Of a stretch of DNA of 55,770 bases, positions 53,394-55,770 are shown one piece after another (position 1 is the first letter of the stretch; the number at the start of each line of letters is the position of its first letter). The translations under genes were made by a program, and so were the position numbers. Source of the stretch: Candidatus Woesearchaeota archaeon (GTDB lineage: Archaea; Nanobdellota; Nanobdellia; Pacearchaeales; UBA284); the NCBI GenBank assembly GCA_964413705.1, contig CAYPSK010000002.1:1-55770 (forward strand), given 5' to 3'. The notes beneath the pieces are model-generated. The model saw only the letters and a list, made by a program, of their open reading frames with translations, searched no databases and was not told the DNA's origin.

Positions 53394-53419
53394 GCGCACT
53401 AATGCTAAACAAGGCGCAC
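53394..53419. repeat. Paired GCGCAC element (best copy)
   Basis: gcgcac-taatgctaaacaag-gcgcac, hexamers exactly 20 bp apart, followed by aaatct as at 17595. Lies in the divergent intergenic region upstream of gdhA. Confidence 0.5.
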
Positions 53420-53469
53420 AAATCTAAGATATAAATGTTTAGATATAAAGTTTTACAGCAAAATAAAAA

Positions 53470-54765
53470 ATGCCATCTAATAAGATTAAAAAATCAATCA
53501 AGAGCAAAGACAAAAATCCAATAAATCCTCTTGAAGAAGCAAATAAGCAAGTTATTGAGTCAGCTAAGATTCTTGGCTTGGATAAAGATATAATTGATTA
53601 TATTCTTGAGCCAAACAGGGTAATTGAAGTCAAGGTTCCAGTTATGATGGACAATAAACAGCTTAAGATTTTCAAGGGCTATAGGGTTCAACATGATAAT
53701 TCTCGAGGCCCTTACAAAGGCGGAATAAGATATGATAAGAATGTTTCTCTAGATGAAGTCAAAGCCCTGGCATTATGGATGTCAATCAAGACAGCAGTAG
53801 CAGGAATTCCATTTGGGGGAGGAAAAGGCGGAATAATAGTTGATCCTTCAAAGCTTTCAGAGTGTGAACTTGAAAAGCTAACAAGGCAATTCTCAAAAAC
53901 AATTTCAGATTGTGTTGGTTCAAAAAAAGATGTTCCTGCTCCAGACATAAATACAGATGGCAAGATTATGGAGTGGTTCAGACACGAGCACTGTAAATGT
54001 TTAGGTCATGATACTTATGCAGTCATCACAGGAAAGCCACTTGAAAACCGAGGTTCTTTAGGAAGAAGAGAGGCAACAGGTCGTGGTGTTTTTTTCACAA
54101 TTATGAATGCAATCAAAGACCTTGGCCTGAATAAAGATGAACTTCGGGCGTCTGTCCAAGGATTTGGAAATGTTGGAAGCCACTTAGCTTTATTCTTATT
54201 TAAAGCAGGAATAAAAGTAGTTGCAATTTCAGATTCATCTGCCTGTTTATATAAAACAGATGGATTAGATATCACTTCTCTTCATCACTATGCTCAAAAA
54301 AACAAGACAATCAAAGGCTATCATGAATCAAATCTCAAGATTCTTGATAGAGATAAGATTTTTGAACTTGAATCTGAGATTTTATGCCCCTGTGCAATTG
54401 AAGATGTGATAACTTCAAAAAATATGAAAAAAATTAAGGCAAAGATAATAGCTGAAGGTGCAAATGGTCCGACAACAAAAGAAGCTTCTGATTATCTATC
54501 TAAAAAAGGCATCTTCATCATTCCTGATGTTCTTGCAAATGCTGGCGGAGTTGTAGTTTCATATTTTGAATGGCTTCAGAATATACAAAACAAACCATGG
54601 TCAGAAAACACAGTCAACACAAGGCTTAAAGAAGTAATGGACAAAGCATACTGTGAGGTTTATACACTCTCAAAAAAAGAAAAGATTTCAATGAGGGCCT
54701 CTGCCTATGCACTAGCATTAAAAAGAATCAGTGATGCTATCTGGGCAAAGATGGCAAAAGCCTAA
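53470..54765 (+). CDS. gdhA: Glutamate dehydrogenase
   Basis: 431 aa. KGGIRY, catalytic-Lys region GIPFGGGKGGI, Rossmann motif GFGNVG. Confidence 0.9.
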   Translation: MPSNKIKKSIKSKDKNPINPLEEANKQVIESAKILGLDKDIIDYILEPNRVIEVKVPVMMDNKQLKIFKGYRVQHDNSRGPYKGGIRYDKNVSLDEVKALALWMSIKTAVAGIPFGGGKGGIIVDPSKLSECELEKLTRQFSKTISDCVGSKKDVPAPDINTDGKIMEWFRHEHCKCLGHDTYAVITGKPLENRGSLGRREATGRGVFFTIMNAIKDLGLNKDELRASVQGFGNVGSHLALFLFKAGIKVVAISDSSACLYKTDGLDITSLHHYAQKNKTIKGYHESNLKILDRDKIFELESEILCPCAIEDVITSKNMKKIKAKIIAEGANGPTTKEASDYLSKKGIFIIPDVLANAGGVVVSYFEWLQNIQNKPWSENTVNTRLKEVMDKAYCEVYTLSKKEKISMRASAYALALKRISDAIWAKMAKA

Positions 54766-54828
54766 AATTCTCAGATGCCAAGTTTCTCTCAGCAAAACAT
54801 TTATAATGTTCTCAAGGGTATTTTTATA

Positions 54829-55572
54829 ATGGTCACTTACGATAAGTTTGCCAAATTTTATTTTGAAAGAAGAAATAATAAAAGGCGGTTAGATTATAAT
54901 CGAGATATTGAGATTCCTGCTTTGATTAAGTTAATTGGAAATGTCAAGAATAAAACCCTTTTGGATATAGGTTGCGGTTTCGGAGATCATGCCAAGATAC
55001 TTTCAAAACAAAATTATCAAAAATTAATCGGGTTTGATATCAGTAAAGAACTGATTAAGTTAGCAAAACAGCAGCAAATTCCTAGATCTTTCTTTTACAT
55101 AGGCGATATGAACAAAAGATTAAAACATAATAACTCTTCATTTGATATTGTACTTGCTGGCCTTGTGATTCACTACGTAAAAAATCCAGTTAAATTGTTT
55201 AAGGAAGTGAATCGAGTTCTGAAGCAAGGAGGAATTTTTTGTTTTTCAACAGGGCATCCCATCTTTGATTTGGTTAATCAGACTGATAAACATATGGTGG
55301 GAGTAATAAAACAAGCAAATGGAAAAAGAATCATCTTTGGTAATTATTTTGATGAATCTCCAAAGAAGAATGATTTGGGTGGCTTGGGAAAAATGAAGGT
55401 ATACAATTTCACTTTTGAGACATTGATTAAAGCAGGATTAGATAATGGTTTTGAATTAATAGACTATAAAGATGCTAGACCAACACCAATTTCTAAGAAA
55501 TATGATGCAGAAAAGTATAGAGTCACAACCACCTTGCCGACTTTTATTCTTTTTAAATTTAAGAAGAAATAG
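54829..55572 (+). CDS. Class I SAM-dependent methyltransferase
   Basis: ATG at 54829 (MVTYDKFAKFY) is preceded by TTTATAAT at 54800-54807. The listed start is at 54775. Motif I LLDIGCGFGDH. Confidence 0.75.
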   Translation: MVTYDKFAKFYFERRNNKRRLDYNRDIEIPALIKLIGNVKNKTLLDIGCGFGDHAKILSKQNYQKLIGFDISKELIKLAKQQQIPRSFFYIGDMNKRLKHNNSSFDIVLAGLVIHYVKNPVKLFKEVNRVLKQGGIFCFSTGHPIFDLVNQTDKHMVGVIKQANGKRIIFGNYFDESPKKNDLGGLGKMKVYNFTFETLIKAGLDNGFELIDYKDARPTPISKKYDAEKYRVTTTLPTFILFKFKKK

Positions 55573-55606
55573 TCCTTTCCGGGCATAAATTAGTATTTTA
55601 CAAATT

Positions 55607-55768
55607 TCACAAAACAAGCCCATACTTAGCCACTAGTTCGTTTGCTCTACAAAAATTATCTTGGTTTTGTTGGTTTAAAAACGCTTGACTCTTATAAAAA
55701 TCGAATCGCCTCTTGATTTCTGCGAATGAGGATTCTCTTACAATACGATCGTTAGTTATGCCCTCTTT
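55607..55768 (-). CDS. 3' end of a gene that starts beyond the window (partial)
   Basis: Hand translation of the minus strand is open from the window edge: ..KEGITNDRIVRESSFAEIKRRFDFYKSQAFLNQQNQDNFCRANELVAKYGLVL*, with the stop at 55607-55609. It is absent from the ORF track because it has no start codon in the window. Confidence 0.3.
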   Translation of the reverse strand, partial: KEGITNDRIVRESSFAEIKRRFDFYKSQAFLNQQNQDNFCRANELVAKYGLVL

Positions 55769-55770
55769 AA

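Noticed and set aside
1-55770. Possibility that the contig is from a CPR bacterium, given the bacterial-type LeuRS and AlaRS, AlaE-like gene and SD-led operons.
   Set aside because: Multiple archaeal or eukaryote-type markers argue for an archaeal host genome with some bacterial-derived genes. These are diphthine synthase, CDC48, PAC2, type-2 MetAP, TrmB, the DUF2073 triad, a tRNA intron at 37/38 and TATA-proximal leaderless starts.

Overview
This is a visibly AT-rich, gene-dense chromosomal segment of about 60 protein genes and one intron-containing tRNA. It reads as archaeal. The evidence is diphthine synthase, CDC48/VCP, a PAC2-type proteasome chaperone, type-2 MetAP, a TrmB regulator, a DUF2073/GTPase/Zn-ribbon triad, TATA-like boxes about 25 nt upstream of apparently leaderless starts, and a tRNA intron at the canonical archaeal position. 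By inference it is a small-genome, DPANN-like organism: LeuRS and AlaRS are bacterial-type, three giant Cys/Asn-rich membrane-anchored surface proteins are present, and metabolism is sparse (an isolated purD-purN pair, gdhA).

Housekeeping genes are tatD, purN-like, purD, dph5, a YchF-like GTPase, argS, a MiaB-family methylthiotransferase, an NSUN m5C methyltransferase, map, sppA, cdc48, an MBL hydrolase, leuS, alaS, gdhA and two SAM methyltransferases.

The most unusual content falls into five groups:
1. A block at 40.5-48.5 kb holds two Shine-Dalgarno-led, translationally coupled operons. The first is AbrB-like + AlaE-like + a kinase-like/TM/lysozyme-like 763-aa protein. The second is nine uncharacterised genes that include a signal-peptide beta-rich protein and a membrane-anchored EF-hand protein. 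An AbrB-PhoU regulator sits between them, and a 13-nt promoter-region motif is shared by both.
2. At least five intergenic two-level hairpins carry a conserved GCACAAAA core and covarying stems.
3. A recurrent roughly 26-bp element is built from two GYGCAY hexamers 20 bp apart.
4. Three 18-bp palindromes lie phased at exactly 22 bp.
5. Several gene-level oddities occur: a surface lipase-like gene interrupted by an in-frame TGA, a LeuRS N-terminal Zn-ribbon fusion with a free-standing paralog, a frameshifted RelE/ParE-like remnant, and GC/Arg-enriched orphan ORFs.

No rRNA, CRISPR array, transposase or integrase was recognised. All homology statements rest on motif recognition by eye, not on database searches.
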